Origin: an uncultured Coriobacteriales bacterium
GTDB taxonomy: Bacteria > Actinomycetota > Coriobacteriia > Coriobacteriales > UMGS124
DNA length: 64,000 bases
NCBI GenBank assembly: GCA_934654475.1
Contig: CAKUFZ010000002.1
Location: forward strand, 86-64,085
Direction: 5' to 3'
The notes under the pieces: model-generated
Database searches by the model: none
The model's input: the letters and a program-made list of their open reading frames with translations, nothing else
Told to the model about the DNA's origin: nothing
Position numbers and translations under genes: made by a program
In this document: one piece after another, positions 52,323 to 62,406 of the stretch
Numbering within the stretch: position 1 is the stretch's first letter
Layout: each line of letters begins with the position of its first letter

Positions 52323-53816
52323 CTATACCCTACTGATAAGAGCACCATTAGGCCGAACGCCCATAATGACAGCCTGAACAAGGCTTGGGCCATCGATTTG
52401 GTGCTCCCCCACCGGGATGACCACCTCGTGGTGGCTAGCCGTGGTGCCGCAGGCGTTGCCAGTGGCGTCGATCTGCTCAATAAGAACGGGCTCGACGGTC
52501 CCGATGCGGTGAGCAGCGTCGGCACGGCGCAGACGGTCGGCTAGGATGCGCAGGCGCTCAGAACGCTCGCGAATGACCTCGGGGGCGATTTGATCGGGCA
52601 TGCCGGCCGCCGGCGTGTCGGGGCGAGCCGAGAAGCGGAAGGCATGGATTTTGGAGAAAGCAGCCTTCTCGGAAAGCGCTAGGGTCTCCTGAAAGTCTTC
52701 CTCAGTCTCGCCGGGGAAGCCCACGATGATGTCAGTAGAAATGGCCGCTGAAGGCAGGGCTTCGCGGATGAGCGCCACCTTTTCCAGGAACTGTTCAGCA
52801 TTGTAACGGCGCCCCATGCGATGGAGCACACGGGTGGAACCAGCCTGCAGTGGCAGGTGGAAATGCGGCGCCACGCAGTCGGCATTGCGCGCGAACGCAG
52901 CCACAAGCTCAGGTGTGACCTCGGGCGGTTCGATGCTCGACGCACGCAGCAGTGCCCCGTGCTCACGAATAAGCGGCACCAGGCGCTCGATAAGGCCTGC
53001 CAGGTCAAGCGGCGCGCCCTGCTCGTCGACCGAGCAGTATCGTCCCAGGTTGATGCCCGTGAGATCCACTTCGAGCGCACCCTCGCTCAAAACCTGGCGC
53101 ACCTGCTTCTCTATGAGACTGTAGGGGGTTGAAAGCGACTTACCGCGAGCCCTCCACACGATGCAATACGTGCACTTGTTGTCACAGCCGTCCTGCACCT
53201 TCACACCTCGACGGGCGCGAAAGACAGCATGACCACCTGGGGTCGAGAGTGTGTCCTCAGTGCTCAGACAGTCCTCGGCGCTACGCGCCTGCGGAACTGC
53301 GCCTGAGGAAACACTCTCGACCCTTGCAAGGTCATCTTGCTGCATATATTGGAGAGACTCCTGCTGGGAGGGCGAGGATGCCTCATCGCGAGTTCCGCAG
53401 CCGCAAAGCGGCGAGGACTGTTTGAGCAGGGAGGTACCTAGGGGTTCCTTGGTTGCGCTCGCGTTCAATCTGCCCCATTCGCCCAGCGCGTCCTCCACCA
53501 GCACAAGCTTCGCGGGAAGCACGCGCACGTTGTCGCCAATCGCTTCGAGCTCGGCGGGGAACAGGTTTGCCACGCATCCCGTCACGGCAACAAGCGGGTG
53601 CTTGGGAAGGCTTGCGGCGCGGCGCACGGCTTTGCGCGTCTTGGCCTGGGCCTCGCCCGTTACAGCGCAGGTGTTGATGGCAATGATGTCGGCCTCGTCC
53701 TCAGCACACAAAACAGCGCCCGACTGGACGAAGGAGCTCTCCATCCAGTCGGACTCCACGCGATTGACGCGACAGCCTAGGTTGACGACGCAAACGTGCG
53801 GGGCAGTGCGCTCCAT
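52323..53816 (-). CDS. MiaB-like radical-SAM methylthiotransferase (MtaB-like) with an internal insertion
   Basis: 497 aa with an MTTase N-domain (VCVVNLGCRVNRVESD), a radical-SAM motif (CDNKCTYC) and a TRAM-like C-terminus. A roughly 90-aa S/Q/E-rich insert separates the N-domain from the radical-SAM core. Confidence 0.7.
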   Translation of the reverse strand: MERTAPHVCVVNLGCRVNRVESDWMESSFVQSGAVLCAEDEADIIAINTCAVTGEAQAKTRKAVRRAASLPKHPLVAVTGCVANLFPAELEAIGDNVRVLPAKLVLVEDALGEWGRLNASATKEPLGTSLLKQSSPLCGCGTRDEASSPSQQESLQYMQQDDLARVESVSSGAVPQARSAEDCLSTEDTLSTPGGHAVFRARRGVKVQDGCDNKCTYCIVWRARGKSLSTPYSLIEKQVRQVLSEGALEVDLTGINLGRYCSVDEQGAPLDLAGLIERLVPLIREHGALLRASSIEPPEVTPELVAAFARNADCVAPHFHLPLQAGSTRVLHRMGRRYNAEQFLEKVALIREALPSAAISTDIIVGFPGETEEDFQETLALSEKAAFSKIHAFRFSARPDTPAAGMPDQIAPEVIRERSERLRILADRLRRADAAHRIGTVEPVLIEQIDATGNACGTTASHHEVVIPVGEHQIDGPSLVQAVIMGVRPNGALISRV

Positions 53817-54937
53817 TAGGACAGAGCGTCCTTGATGCGCTGCCAGGGCGTGCGCTTCTTGTCTACCGTCTCATCCATGGTGTGAGCGAGCTTCTCGAGC
53901 AGTTCGCGCTGCTCGTCGGTCAGCGAGGTGGGCACGATGACGTCGACGTGGGCGATGAGGTCACCGCGGCCATCGCGACGCATGCGGGGCATACCCTTGC
54001 CGGAAACGCGCACGGTGTCGTCGAACTGGCAGCCCGCGGGCACCACGATCTCGACTTCCTCGTCGGGCATGACGCCGTCGACAACGACGGTGGTGCCCAG
54101 AGCGGCCTGGGCGATGCCGACCTCGACGCGCACGTGCAGGTCGTCGCCGGAGCGCTGGAAGGCCTCGTCGTCGGCCACGCGGACCGACACGATGAGGTCG
54201 CCGGAATGGGCGCCGCGAACGCCCGCCTCGCCAAAGCCGGGCACGCGCAGCTGCTGGCCGTCGGCGATGCCGGCGGGAACCTTCACGCTGACGCGCTCGC
54301 GATCGGGTGAGCGGCCCTGGCCGTCGCACTCAGGGCAGGGCTTGTCGATGGTCTTGCCTGAACCGTTGCAGTCGGGACACACCGAGCGGCTCTGCATATT
54401 GCCGAAGAACGTGCGCTGCTGCGTCACGACCTGGCCGGTACCATGGCAGTTGGGGCAGGTGGTTTCCTTGCCGCCCTCGGCGCAGCCCGAACCATTGCAC
54501 GACTTGCACGGCGACAGGCGGTTGTAGGAAATCTCCTTGGTGCAGCCAGTGGCCGCCTCCTGCAGGGTAATCAGAATAGAGGCACCCATGTCGCGGCCAT
54601 CGAGACGCACGCCGCGGCCCGACGCAGCAGAGCCCCCGAAGAAGGAGCTGAACAGGTCGGACATGTCGAAGCCGCCGCCAAAGATGTCGCTCATGTCGGG
54701 GCCGCCCTGGCCGTAGCCATCGACCGTGCCGTAGCGATCGTAGAACGCGCGCTTGTCGGAGTCGGACAGGACCGCGTAGGCCTCGTTGACCTCCTTGAAG
54801 CGAACCTCGGCATCGGGAGCCTTGTTGACGTCGGGGTGCATGGTGCGGGCCTTCTTGTGGAAGGCCTTGCGAATCGTCGCGTCGTCTGCGTCTCGGTCAA
54901 CACCGAGGATCGCGTAGTAGTCTTTGGTATCAGCCAT
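53816..54937 (-). CDS. dnaJ: Molecular chaperone DnaJ
   Basis: 373 aa with a J-domain ([15 protein letters not shown]), a G/F region and four CxxCxGxG repeats ([32 protein letters not shown]). Confidence 0.93.
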   Translation of the reverse strand: MADTKDYYAILGVDRDADDATIRKAFHKKARTMHPDVNKAPDAEVRFKEVNEAYAVLSDSDKRAFYDRYGTVDGYGQGGPDMSDIFGGGFDMSDLFSSFFGGSAASGRGVRLDGRDMGASILITLQEAATGCTKEISYNRLSPCKSCNGSGCAEGGKETTCPNCHGTGQVVTQQRTFFGNMQSRSVCPDCNGSGKTIDKPCPECDGQGRSPDRERVSVKVPAGIADGQQLRVPGFGEAGVRGAHSGDLIVSVRVADDEAFQRSGDDLHVRVEVGIAQAALGTTVVVDGVMPDEEVEIVVPAGCQFDDTVRVSGKGMPRMRRDGRGDLIAHVDVIVPTSLTDEQRELLEKLAHTMDETVDKKRTPWQRIKDALS

Positions 54938-55012
54938 GAAAAAGCCTCTTCAACAATTACGAAATCTGAACGCGTGCCTTACAAACAAACCTGAAAACTA
55001 TACCGCCGTGCC

Positions 55013-56101
55013 TCACCACATGCGACCGCATGAGACGAGCGGTACAAATATAACGTAGAGGAAAAGGCCCATGAGGAAGCCCACCAGGAAACGCTTGCCT
55101 GCGCGCTTGGCAAAGCTGCCACCCGTGCCCCTGGCAAACAGCGTGGGCGAGGCAAAGAACGCCACGAAGAGCAGCGGGAATGCCAAGAGGGACAGCACAT
55201 GCATGATGAGCTGCGAGAACAACGTGCATACGAGCACCGCGCACACCACGCCCAAGCCGGTGAAGAGCGCCTCCTGCTGCTGGGTGAGATGCTCGGAAGG
55301 CACCACAAACGAGGCCTTGAGGTCACCGGAGGCACCGCCGCACTTACCGGCATCGCCGGCGCCCGGCACGCGCACCTCGTCGCCGTCATGCGAGGCGGCA
55401 GGCACCTTGACCTCCACGGTGGAGCGGCCCTGACGCGTGCCCGTGCCATGGCACGAATGACAGGCATTCTTGATGATCTTGCCCGAACCCTGGCACACCG
55501 GGCACTGCATCGCGGTGGTGAAGAGACCCATCATGTCGACCTCGGCCTGACCCGAGCCATGGCAGGTGGGGCAAGTGATGGGCTCAGATCCAGCCTCGTA
55601 GCCCCTGCCGTGGCACTCCGGACAGCTCTCGAGATGCGAGTAGGCCACGCGCTTGGTGCAGCCCTTGCGGGCCTCGTCGCGGGTGAGTTCGAGCTGGATG
55701 GAACGCGTGGCACCCTGCTTGCGCGCATAAGGGGTGCCCTGCGGTGCGCGGCCTGCAGAGCTGTAGCCCGCGCCATAGGGGCCGCCCCACGACGTCCAGC
55801 CGCCGAAGGGGCTGTAGCCGCCCGACCAGGAACCCGCACCAGCGGGGCCCGACGCATACGGGTTCTGCGTGGTGAAACCACCGGCCTTCACGGCATCGTA
55901 GCGGGCCTTCTTGTCGGGATCCGACAGGGTGTCGTAAGCCTCGGAAACCTCTTTGAATCGCTCCTCGGCACCAGGCTCCTTGCACACGTCGGGGTGCATC
56001 GTGCGGGCCTTGGCGCGAAACGCCTTTTTGATGTCCTCGGGCGTAGCGTCCTTCGAAACGCCGAGTATGTCGTAGTAGTCCTTGTTGGAGGGGGTTGCCA
56101 A
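55013..56101 (-). CDS. DnaJ paralog with J-domain and zinc-finger repeats but a hydrophobic, membrane-anchor-like C-terminus
   Basis: 362 aa with a J-domain (DYYDILGV..MHPDV) and four zinc-finger repeats (CPECHGRG, CPTCHGSG, CPVCQGSG, CHSCHGTG). The last roughly 90 aa form three hydrophobic stretches (GLGVVCAVLVCTLFSQLIMHVLSLLAFPLLFVAFF..FLVGFLMGLFLYVIFVPLV) instead of the usual CTD II/dimerisation region. Confidence 0.75.
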   Translation of the reverse strand: MATPSNKDYYDILGVSKDATPEDIKKAFRAKARTMHPDVCKEPGAEERFKEVSEAYDTLSDPDKKARYDAVKAGGFTTQNPYASGPAGAGSWSGGYSPFGGWTSWGGPYGAGYSSAGRAPQGTPYARKQGATRSIQLELTRDEARKGCTKRVAYSHLESCPECHGRGYEAGSEPITCPTCHGSGQAEVDMMGLFTTAMQCPVCQGSGKIIKNACHSCHGTGTRQGRSTVEVKVPAASHDGDEVRVPGAGDAGKCGGASGDLKASFVVPSEHLTQQQEALFTGLGVVCAVLVCTLFSQLIMHVLSLLAFPLLFVAFFASPTLFARGTGGSFAKRAGKRFLVGFLMGLFLYVIFVPLVSCGRMW

Positions 56102-56246
56102 AACGACCTAACTCCTCAAGTAGCAGGTAAAGAAAAAACGCTCGCTTTATTCTACCCACGCCGGGCGGCATACATATAAAGCCCAGATACTGGCAGAGGG
56201 GCTGAAAAGAGCCCCAAGGCGAGCCTGACATGCACAAACGGCCTCG

Positions 56247-57575
56247 TCAATCACCTGCCGTGTCCCACATGATGCCGAAAAGCTCGTTACCCAGCAGCCA
56301 ACCTTTCTGCGTGGGACAAAGCGACCCTGCGGCATCAAGCGCAGCCAGCTCGTCTTTGCAGGCAAGTTTGACGGCAGCGTCGAGCTTGTTGCGCGGGATT
56401 CCACGCTCGACAGCACTCTCGAGCACCTCACGGTTAGCGCCCCGCACCATGCGCATGGTCAGCATGAGGTCCTCAGCGGCCGCCTCGCGCGAGGTGAGTG
56501 TCTCCAAAAAAACGCAAGGCCCCGTCGCAGCGCCCATAGCGCGCACGAAAGCTTCCACGTCATCCGGAAACGAGAGGCGCACGCGGGCGGCATCGATCTG
56601 GCAGGCAAGCGCATCGGCCAACTTTTGCGCCGTGGCTGCACCGTCTCCACCCGCGCGAAGGCCAAGCACCTCGCTCACCTCACAAGCAAGGCCAGGCGTG
56701 AGCATCGAAGCCGCCGCAGCTCCCAGGCCCAGGTAGCATGCGCCCGTCCAATAGGCGATGTTGTGCCGGCAAGCGTGTCCCGGCCGTGCATAGCTGGCAA
56801 CCTCGTAGCGCTGCAGGCCCGCCTCCTCCAACATGCAAGCAGCTTCAAGCATCATGTCGGCCTGCAGGTCGGCATCGGGCAACTGCATGGCACCGGCCAG
56901 GACCGCATCGTCGAAGGGTGTGCCCTCCTCAATGGAAAGCGGATAGCAGCTCACATGGTCAACACCTGCAGCGAGTACACCCGAAAGGCTTTCTCGCCAG
57001 CTGGCGGGCGTCTGACCAGGGATGCCGCACATGAGATCGCACGAGAGATCGAACCCGGCCGCTTTCACAACCCGTGCAGCTACCAGGGCCTGCTGGGACG
57101 TATGCGCCCTGCCCAAGCCACGCAACTCCGCATCGCTGAGCGATTGCACCCCCAGGCTCACGCGCGTGATGCCGGCACGGCGCAACCCCAACGCCAAAGA
57201 CTCGCTCAAAGAATCGGGGTTGGCCTCGGAGGTGAACTCGACCAGCTCAGGGCACTGCCGACTGACCTCCCGAGCCAGCCCCACCAGCCACTCCCCTGCC
57301 AACGTGGGCGTGCCGCCGCCGATGTAGGCCGTCTTGACATGGCGGAGCATGCCGGCCGACCCAAGGCGCACGACAAGGTCGCGCAGGCACACAACGTACT
57401 CGGCAATGCGAGCGTCGCCGGCACACGTGGCCTGCGAATAGAACCCGCAGTATGCGCAGCGGCTCACACAGAAGGGAACATGCAGGTAGAGGGCCTCAAT
57501 GACCCCACGCTCCCCTGTAAGGGGGGCATGGGAGGCCTCACCGCCCTCCTCTGCAGGCACGCAATACACAGCCAT
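56247..57575 (-). CDS. hemW: Radical-SAM family heme chaperone HemW (HemN-like, oxygen-independent coproporphyrinogen oxidase family)
   Basis: 442 aa with LYLHVPFCVSRCAYCGFY and GGGTPT. The position next to lepA is typical for hemW. Confidence 0.8.
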   Translation of the reverse strand: MAVYCVPAEEGGEASHAPLTGERGVIEALYLHVPFCVSRCAYCGFYSQATCAGDARIAEYVVCLRDLVVRLGSAGMLRHVKTAYIGGGTPTLAGEWLVGLAREVSRQCPELVEFTSEANPDSLSESLALGLRRAGITRVSLGVQSLSDAELRGLGRAHTSQQALVAARVVKAAGFDLSCDLMCGIPGQTPASWRESLSGVLAAGVDHVSCYPLSIEEGTPFDDAVLAGAMQLPDADLQADMMLEAACMLEEAGLQRYEVASYARPGHACRHNIAYWTGACYLGLGAAAASMLTPGLACEVSEVLGLRAGGDGAATAQKLADALACQIDAARVRLSFPDDVEAFVRAMGAATGPCVFLETLTSREAAAEDLMLTMRMVRGANREVLESAVERGIPRNKLDAAVKLACKDELAALDAAGSLCPTQKGWLLGNELFGIMWDTAGD

Positions 57576-57581
57576 CCTCGC

Positions 57582-58622
57582 CTACTCCATGCCGTGCTCG
57601 CGGACCGCGGCGCGCATATCGTCGATCAAGGACAGGTAGTCGTCGAACGTCGAACAGGACATGGTGCGGCCGCGCCACTGGGCAGCCGAAGGAAGCCCCT
57701 TGATATACCAGCAGGTGACAGGGCGCAGGCGCACCATGTGAATCGCGCTTGCCGCAGCCCTGCGCACATGGAGCTCAAGCGTGTCGAGGCGCTCCATGAC
57801 GCTCGGGGGCTCGGGCAGCACGCCGTCGCGCCACAGGCTGTAGGCGGCGTCGAAGATCCAAGGGTTGCCATAGCTGCCGCGGGCCACAAAGACTCCCTGG
57901 GCACCCGTCTCGCGCAACATCGCGACGCAGCGCTCGGCGCTCATGACGTCGCCCGAACCGATGACGGGCACCTCCACCGCCTCGGCCACGCGCTGCACCA
58001 CGCCCCAGTCGGCCGTGCCCGTGTAGAACTGCTTGGCAGCACGGCCATGCACGGCGATGCCGCAGGCGCCCACATCTTCCAGGCGACGTGCAAACTCGGG
58101 GGCAATCTCGTTGGCCATGTAGACGCCGGCACGAATCTTGCAGGTGACGGGCACAGCGCCGGCCGCCCCGCGCAGCGTCTCCATCACGATGTCACAGGCG
58201 CGCTCAGGGTCTTCCATGAGAGCGCTGCCCTCGCCTTTCTTGAAGACCTTGGGCACCGGGCATGCCATGTTGATGTCGATGAGGGCAAGGCGGTCGCCCA
58301 AACGCTCAAGCACGGCGTGGGCCGCGGGGGCAAACTGCTCAGGCTTGCTACCGAAAAGCTGTACGGCAATCTGCGGCTCGGCATCACCGGGATCAACGAG
58401 TTCCCAGGTCTTCTGGCCACCGTGGGCCAAGCCTGCAACCGACACCATCTCGGTGTAGCAAAGCGGGCACCCATGCTCGACGGCCATCTGGCGGTAGACC
58501 GGGTCGGTCACGCCCGCCATGGGGGCAAGCATGAAAGGGTGCGCGGCCAGGCGGGCACGCAAGGCCTCGCGCTGGTCGCGCACGTCGGATTCTTTTGCGG
58601 GGGTAAATGAAGCCACCGTCAT
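57582..58622 (-). CDS. tRNA-dihydrouridine synthase
   Basis: 346 aa with FMLAPMAGVTDPVYR and a TIM-barrel Dus signature (IDINMACP). Confidence 0.85.
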   Translation of the reverse strand: MTVASFTPAKESDVRDQREALRARLAAHPFMLAPMAGVTDPVYRQMAVEHGCPLCYTEMVSVAGLAHGGQKTWELVDPGDAEPQIAVQLFGSKPEQFAPAAHAVLERLGDRLALIDINMACPVPKVFKKGEGSALMEDPERACDIVMETLRGAAGAVPVTCKIRAGVYMANEIAPEFARRLEDVGACGIAVHGRAAKQFYTGTADWGVVQRVAEAVEVPVIGSGDVMSAERCVAMLRETGAQGVFVARGSYGNPWIFDAAYSLWRDGVLPEPPSVMERLDTLELHVRRAAASAIHMVRLRPVTCWYIKGLPSAAQWRGRTMSCSTFDDYLSLIDDMRAAVREHGME

Positions 58623-58625
58623 CCC

Positions 58626-60434
58626 CTAGTCATCCACCTTGAGGATTGCCATGAAGGCCTCCTGCGGCACGTCGACGCTGCCGATGGCCTTCATGCGCTT
58701 CTTGCCCTCCTTCTGCTTCTCGAGCAGCTTGCGCTTACGCGAGATGTCGCCGCCGTAGCACTTGGCCAGAACGTCCTTGCGCAGCGCGCGCACGGTCTCG
58801 CGGGCGATAATCCTGCCGCCCACGGCTGCCTGGATGGGCACCTCGAACTGCTGGCGAGGAATGATCTCCTTGAGCTTCTCGCACAGCACGCGACCGCGGG
58901 TGTAGGCCTTGTCCTTGTGCACGATGAAGCTCAGGGCGTCGATGGTCTCGCCAGAAAGGAGGATGTCGAGCTTCTGGAGGTTGCTCGCCTGGTAGCCCTT
59001 GTACTCGTAGTCAAGCGACGCATAACCGCGCGTACGGCTCTTGAGCTGGTCGAAGTAATCCATGATGAGCTCGGAGAGCGGCATTTCCCAGTGCATCTCC
59101 ACCGTGGTGGGAGACAGGTACACCATGTTGAGGAAGGTGCCTCGGTGGTCGATGGTGAGGTCCATGACCGCGCCCACGTAGTCCGGCGGCACGAGCACCT
59201 TGACCGTGAGGTACGGCTCCTCGATGCGGTCGATGCGCGAAGGCTCGGGCATGTCCTGCGGCGAGGTGATCTCGAGCATCTCGCGGTTGGTGAGGTACAC
59301 GTTGTACTCTACCGAGGGTGCCGTGGCGATGAGGTCGAGGTTGAACTCGCGCTCAAGGCGCTCCTTGACGACCTCCATGTGCAGAAGGCCCAAGAAACCC
59401 ACGCGGAAGCCGAAGCCCAGGGCCACGGAGGTCTCGGGCGTGTAGACAACGGCCGGGTCGTTGAGGCGCAGCTTGTCGAGTGCATCGCGCAGGTTCTCGA
59501 AGTCCTCGGTGTCGATGGGGAAAAGGCCAGCGTACACCATGGGCTTGACCTCGCGGTAGCCAGGCAGCGCCTCGTCGGCCGGATGCGCGGCGTCGGTCAC
59601 CGTGTCGCCCACGCGCACGTCGAGCGGGTCCTTGAGGCCCGTCACCATGTAGCCGACCTCGCCGACACCCAGGTCGGGCAGAGGCGTCTCGGCTGGGCGG
59701 CGCACGCCGACCTCCTCTGTCTCGAAGACCAGGCCGCTCGACATGAGACGCACGCGCTGGTGGCCGCGCAGGGCACCGTCAACGATACGCACAAGCGCCA
59801 CGACGCCGCGATAGGGGTCGAAATAGGAGTCGAAGATCAGCGCCTTGAGGGGCGCGTCGGGGTCGCCGACGGGAGCGGGGATGTCCGAGACAATGGTCTC
59901 GAGCAGCTCATGGATGCCGTCGCCCGTTTTGCCCGAGACGTTCACGGCGTCATCGCAGGGAATGGCGAGGCCTTCCTCAATCTCGGTCTTGGTGCGCTCG
60001 ACATCGGAAGACGGCAGGTCGATCTTGTTGATCGCGGGGAGGATCTCGAGGCCGGCGTTCATGGCGAGAAGGGCGTTGGACACCGTCTGCGCCTCGACGC
60101 CCTGCGTGGCGTCGACCACGAGCACCGCGCCCTCGCATGCGGCGAGCGAACGGGACACCTCGTAGGTGAAGTCAACGTGACCAGGGGTGTCGATGAGGTT
60201 GAACTGGTAGCGCTCGCCATTGTCGGCCATGTACTCCACGCGCACGGCCTGACTCTTGATAGTGATGCCGCGCTCGCGCTCGATGTCCATCGAGTCGAGC
60301 AGCTGAGCCTCCATGTCGCGATGCGCCACAGTGTTCGTCTGCTCGAGGATGCGGTCGGCCACGGTCGATTTGCCATGGTCGATATGGGCGATGATGGAGA
60401 AGTTTCTGATGTGGGAAGTGTCGTCGGTAGCCAT
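58626..60434 (-). CDS. lepA: Elongation factor 4 (LepA)
   Basis: 602 aa with [24 protein letters not shown] and a LepA-specific C-terminal domain. Confidence 0.96.
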   Translation of the reverse strand: MATDDTSHIRNFSIIAHIDHGKSTVADRILEQTNTVAHRDMEAQLLDSMDIERERGITIKSQAVRVEYMADNGERYQFNLIDTPGHVDFTYEVSRSLAACEGAVLVVDATQGVEAQTVSNALLAMNAGLEILPAINKIDLPSSDVERTKTEIEEGLAIPCDDAVNVSGKTGDGIHELLETIVSDIPAPVGDPDAPLKALIFDSYFDPYRGVVALVRIVDGALRGHQRVRLMSSGLVFETEEVGVRRPAETPLPDLGVGEVGYMVTGLKDPLDVRVGDTVTDAAHPADEALPGYREVKPMVYAGLFPIDTEDFENLRDALDKLRLNDPAVVYTPETSVALGFGFRVGFLGLLHMEVVKERLEREFNLDLIATAPSVEYNVYLTNREMLEITSPQDMPEPSRIDRIEEPYLTVKVLVPPDYVGAVMDLTIDHRGTFLNMVYLSPTTVEMHWEMPLSELIMDYFDQLKSRTRGYASLDYEYKGYQASNLQKLDILLSGETIDALSFIVHKDKAYTRGRVLCEKLKEIIPRQQFEVPIQAAVGGRIIARETVRALRKDVLAKCYGGDISRKRKLLEKQKEGKKRMKAIGSVDVPQEAFMAILKVDD

Positions 60435-60464
60435 ACAACCCGTTTCACGTCTCGGCTCAGGTAT

Positions 60465-60500
60465 AAAAAAAGGGCGCCGGGCACAAAGCCAGACGCCCTT
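60465..60500 (-). terminator. Rho-independent terminator after rpsT
   Basis: Stem agggcg (60471-60476) / cgccct (60494-60499). The A7 on the + strand (60465-60471) reads as a T7 tail on the minus strand. Confidence 0.6.
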
Positions 60501-60522
60501 TCAACACGCTTGTTCTTAAGAA

Positions 60523-60789
60523 CTAGGCAGAAATCTTGTTGACAAGCTTGGCAACGCCGGACTTGCGGTTGGAAGCCTGGTTCTTGTGGATGACGCCCTT
60601 GGCGACAGCCTTGTCCATCTTGTGGTAGCAGACCTTGACGGCGTCGTTAGCGGCCTCGACGTTGCCGGCAGCAACGGCCTCCTGGACCCTGCGAACAGCG
60701 GTCTTGAGCTCGGAACGAACGGCGCGGTTACGGAGACGAGCCTTGGCGGCCTGCTTGTCACGCTTGATCTGAGACTTGATGTTAGGCAC
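60523..60789 (-). CDS. rpsT: 30S ribosomal protein S20
   Basis: 88 aa from the GTG at 60789 (VPNIKSQIKRDKQAAKARLRN...), preceded by gaaggga. The ORF-track frame extends to 60846. Confidence 0.9.
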   Translation of the reverse strand: MPNIKSQIKRDKQAAKARLRNRAVRSELKTAVRRVQEAVAAGNVEAANDAVKVCYHKMDKAVAKGVIHKNQASNRKSGVAKLVNKISA

Positions 60790-60920
60790 TGAAGTAGATC
60801 CCTTCAAATCATAACTATACGGCAGGTTCCGCCTGCCTATCTGCAACTCGTCTAGTATATGCGCTAGCGCTCAAAGATGCCAGTGTTCCCGACAATCTAC
60901 GCAAACACACCGCACGCACA

Positions 60921-62315
60921 CTACATAAACGCTTTGGCACGAGCCCGAAGCGCATCGGGCGTGTTGGGCAAGACGTCGTCAACGACCTCCCGCACGAGGC
61001 GCTTGAGGATATAGCCCACAAGCGGGCCGCGCTCCACGCCCATCTCAAGCAAGTCGGCCCCTCCAATGGCAAGGTCAGCCACGCAGAAGGCGCACCCGCG
61101 CTCGAGCTCCTCCTCGTACTGGGCCTGCACACGGTCAAGCTCCCTCATGCGCTTGTGGATGGCGCGATGGGCATGGGCGAGCGTGTCGGCACGCTTGAGG
61201 CACAGCAGCAGCGAAAAAGCCTCGCGTGCGCCGTCGGCCCCCGTGTTGAGGACCCTGTTGGCACGCGCAAGGGCGCGGCGAATCCCTCGCGGGCTGTCCT
61301 CGATGGGTCGGTCGTGATAATGCACGAGGTACTCCATGAGGCGAACCTCTCCCACCGGCCAGCGTAGGCGCGTGTAGTCCTCCACCAGAAGGCGCGCTCC
61401 CGCCTCTTCATGCCCGTAGAAGTGGCCGCGGCCGTCTTCGCCCAAAACGAAGCACGAAGGTTTGCCGATATCGTGGAGCAGCGTGGCGTGACACAGGGCA
61501 GAAGGCGCATCGGCGGACAAAAAGCCCAGCGCATGCAGGCAATGCTCCCATACGTCATAGCAGTGCCAGCGGCTCTTCTGGTCGAAGCCGACCATGGGGG
61601 CCACATGGGGAACGGCCATTGCGACCACGTCGGGAAACGCGCGCAGCGCATCGACGGCAAAGGGAGCCTCGACGATCTTGCCGTATTCCTGGGCGATGCG
61701 CTCGACTGCCACAGAGGACAGGGAGGGCGCCGTGGCATGGATGGCCGCCGCCGTTGCGGCATCGACCGCAAAGGAGAGCTGCGCTGAGAAACGCACGCCA
61801 CGCATGATACGCAGGGCGTCCTCGTCGAAGCGCCCAAAAGGCTCGCCGACGCAGCGGATGAGCCCGCGAGCCATGTCGGATACGCCGTCGAAGGGATCCA
61901 CCAGGCCACGCGTCGGGTTCCAAGCCACGGCATTGACCGTGAAGTCGCGCCGTGCCAGGTCTTCTTCGATGTTCTTCACGAAGCGCACCGAATCGGGCCT
62001 GCGGTGGTCGGTGTAGGTCCCGTCGGTGCGATACGTGGTGATCTCGATAGGGTCGCCGTCGATGAGAACGGTGACGGTGCCATGGGCCGAGCCCGTCTCG
62101 ATCACCCGGTAGCCGGCTTCAAGAAAATGCTCGCGCGTGTGATACCAGAGCGCGTCGGTGGCGATGTCGACGTCATGGCAGGAACGGCCCAAGATGGCAT
62201 CGCGCACGAAACCGCCCACCACGTAGGCCTGCTTGCCCGCGTGCTCCAAGACCTCGATGGCCTTTTTCGCACTGGACGGCAGCGTTTCCGCCAACCGATC
62301 CTCACATGTCATCAT
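60921..62315 (-). CDS. cca: CCA-adding tRNA nucleotidyltransferase / poly(A) polymerase family protein with HD domain
   Basis: The nucleotidyltransferase motif is AYVVGGFVRDAILGRSCHDVDIAT and the HD motif is LLHDIGKP. The start is taken at the ATG at 62315, with aaggggg 7 nt upstream; the ORF track starts at 62375. Confidence 0.8.
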   Translation of the reverse strand: MMTCEDRLAETLPSSAKKAIEVLEHAGKQAYVVGGFVRDAILGRSCHDVDIATDALWYHTREHFLEAGYRVIETGSAHGTVTVLIDGDPIEITTYRTDGTYTDHRRPDSVRFVKNIEEDLARRDFTVNAVAWNPTRGLVDPFDGVSDMARGLIRCVGEPFGRFDEDALRIMRGVRFSAQLSFAVDAATAAAIHATAPSLSSVAVERIAQEYGKIVEAPFAVDALRAFPDVVAMAVPHVAPMVGFDQKSRWHCYDVWEHCLHALGFLSADAPSALCHATLLHDIGKPSCFVLGEDGRGHFYGHEEAGARLLVEDYTRLRWPVGEVRLMEYLVHYHDRPIEDSPRGIRRALARANRVLNTGADGAREAFSLLLCLKRADTLAHAHRAIHKRMRELDRVQAQYEEELERGCAFCVADLAIGGADLLEMGVERGPLVGYILKRLVREVVDDVLPNTPDALRARAKAFM

Positions 62316-62406
62316 CACGTCGCCCCCTTTCAGCTTTGATTGTCCCATCTTCCCACAACCTGACGTCCTATGCACTAGGAAGCCTCGATTATTATGGTCA
62401 TGCTAG

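Noticed and set aside
54938-56246. Heat-shock operators (CIRCE or HAIR-type inverted repeats) near the two dnaJ genes
   Set aside because: I read both intergenic regions and found no TTAGCACTC-N9-GAGTGCTAA or CTTGAGT-N7-ACTCAAG-like palindrome. The only structure is a short hairpin after hemW (ggggct/agcccc, about 56199-56216) without a T-tail.
56625-60542. Two long + strand ORFs (56625-58610 and 58917-60542)
   Set aside because: They are antisense to hemW/dus and lepA respectively. The minus-strand products carry unambiguous motifs.
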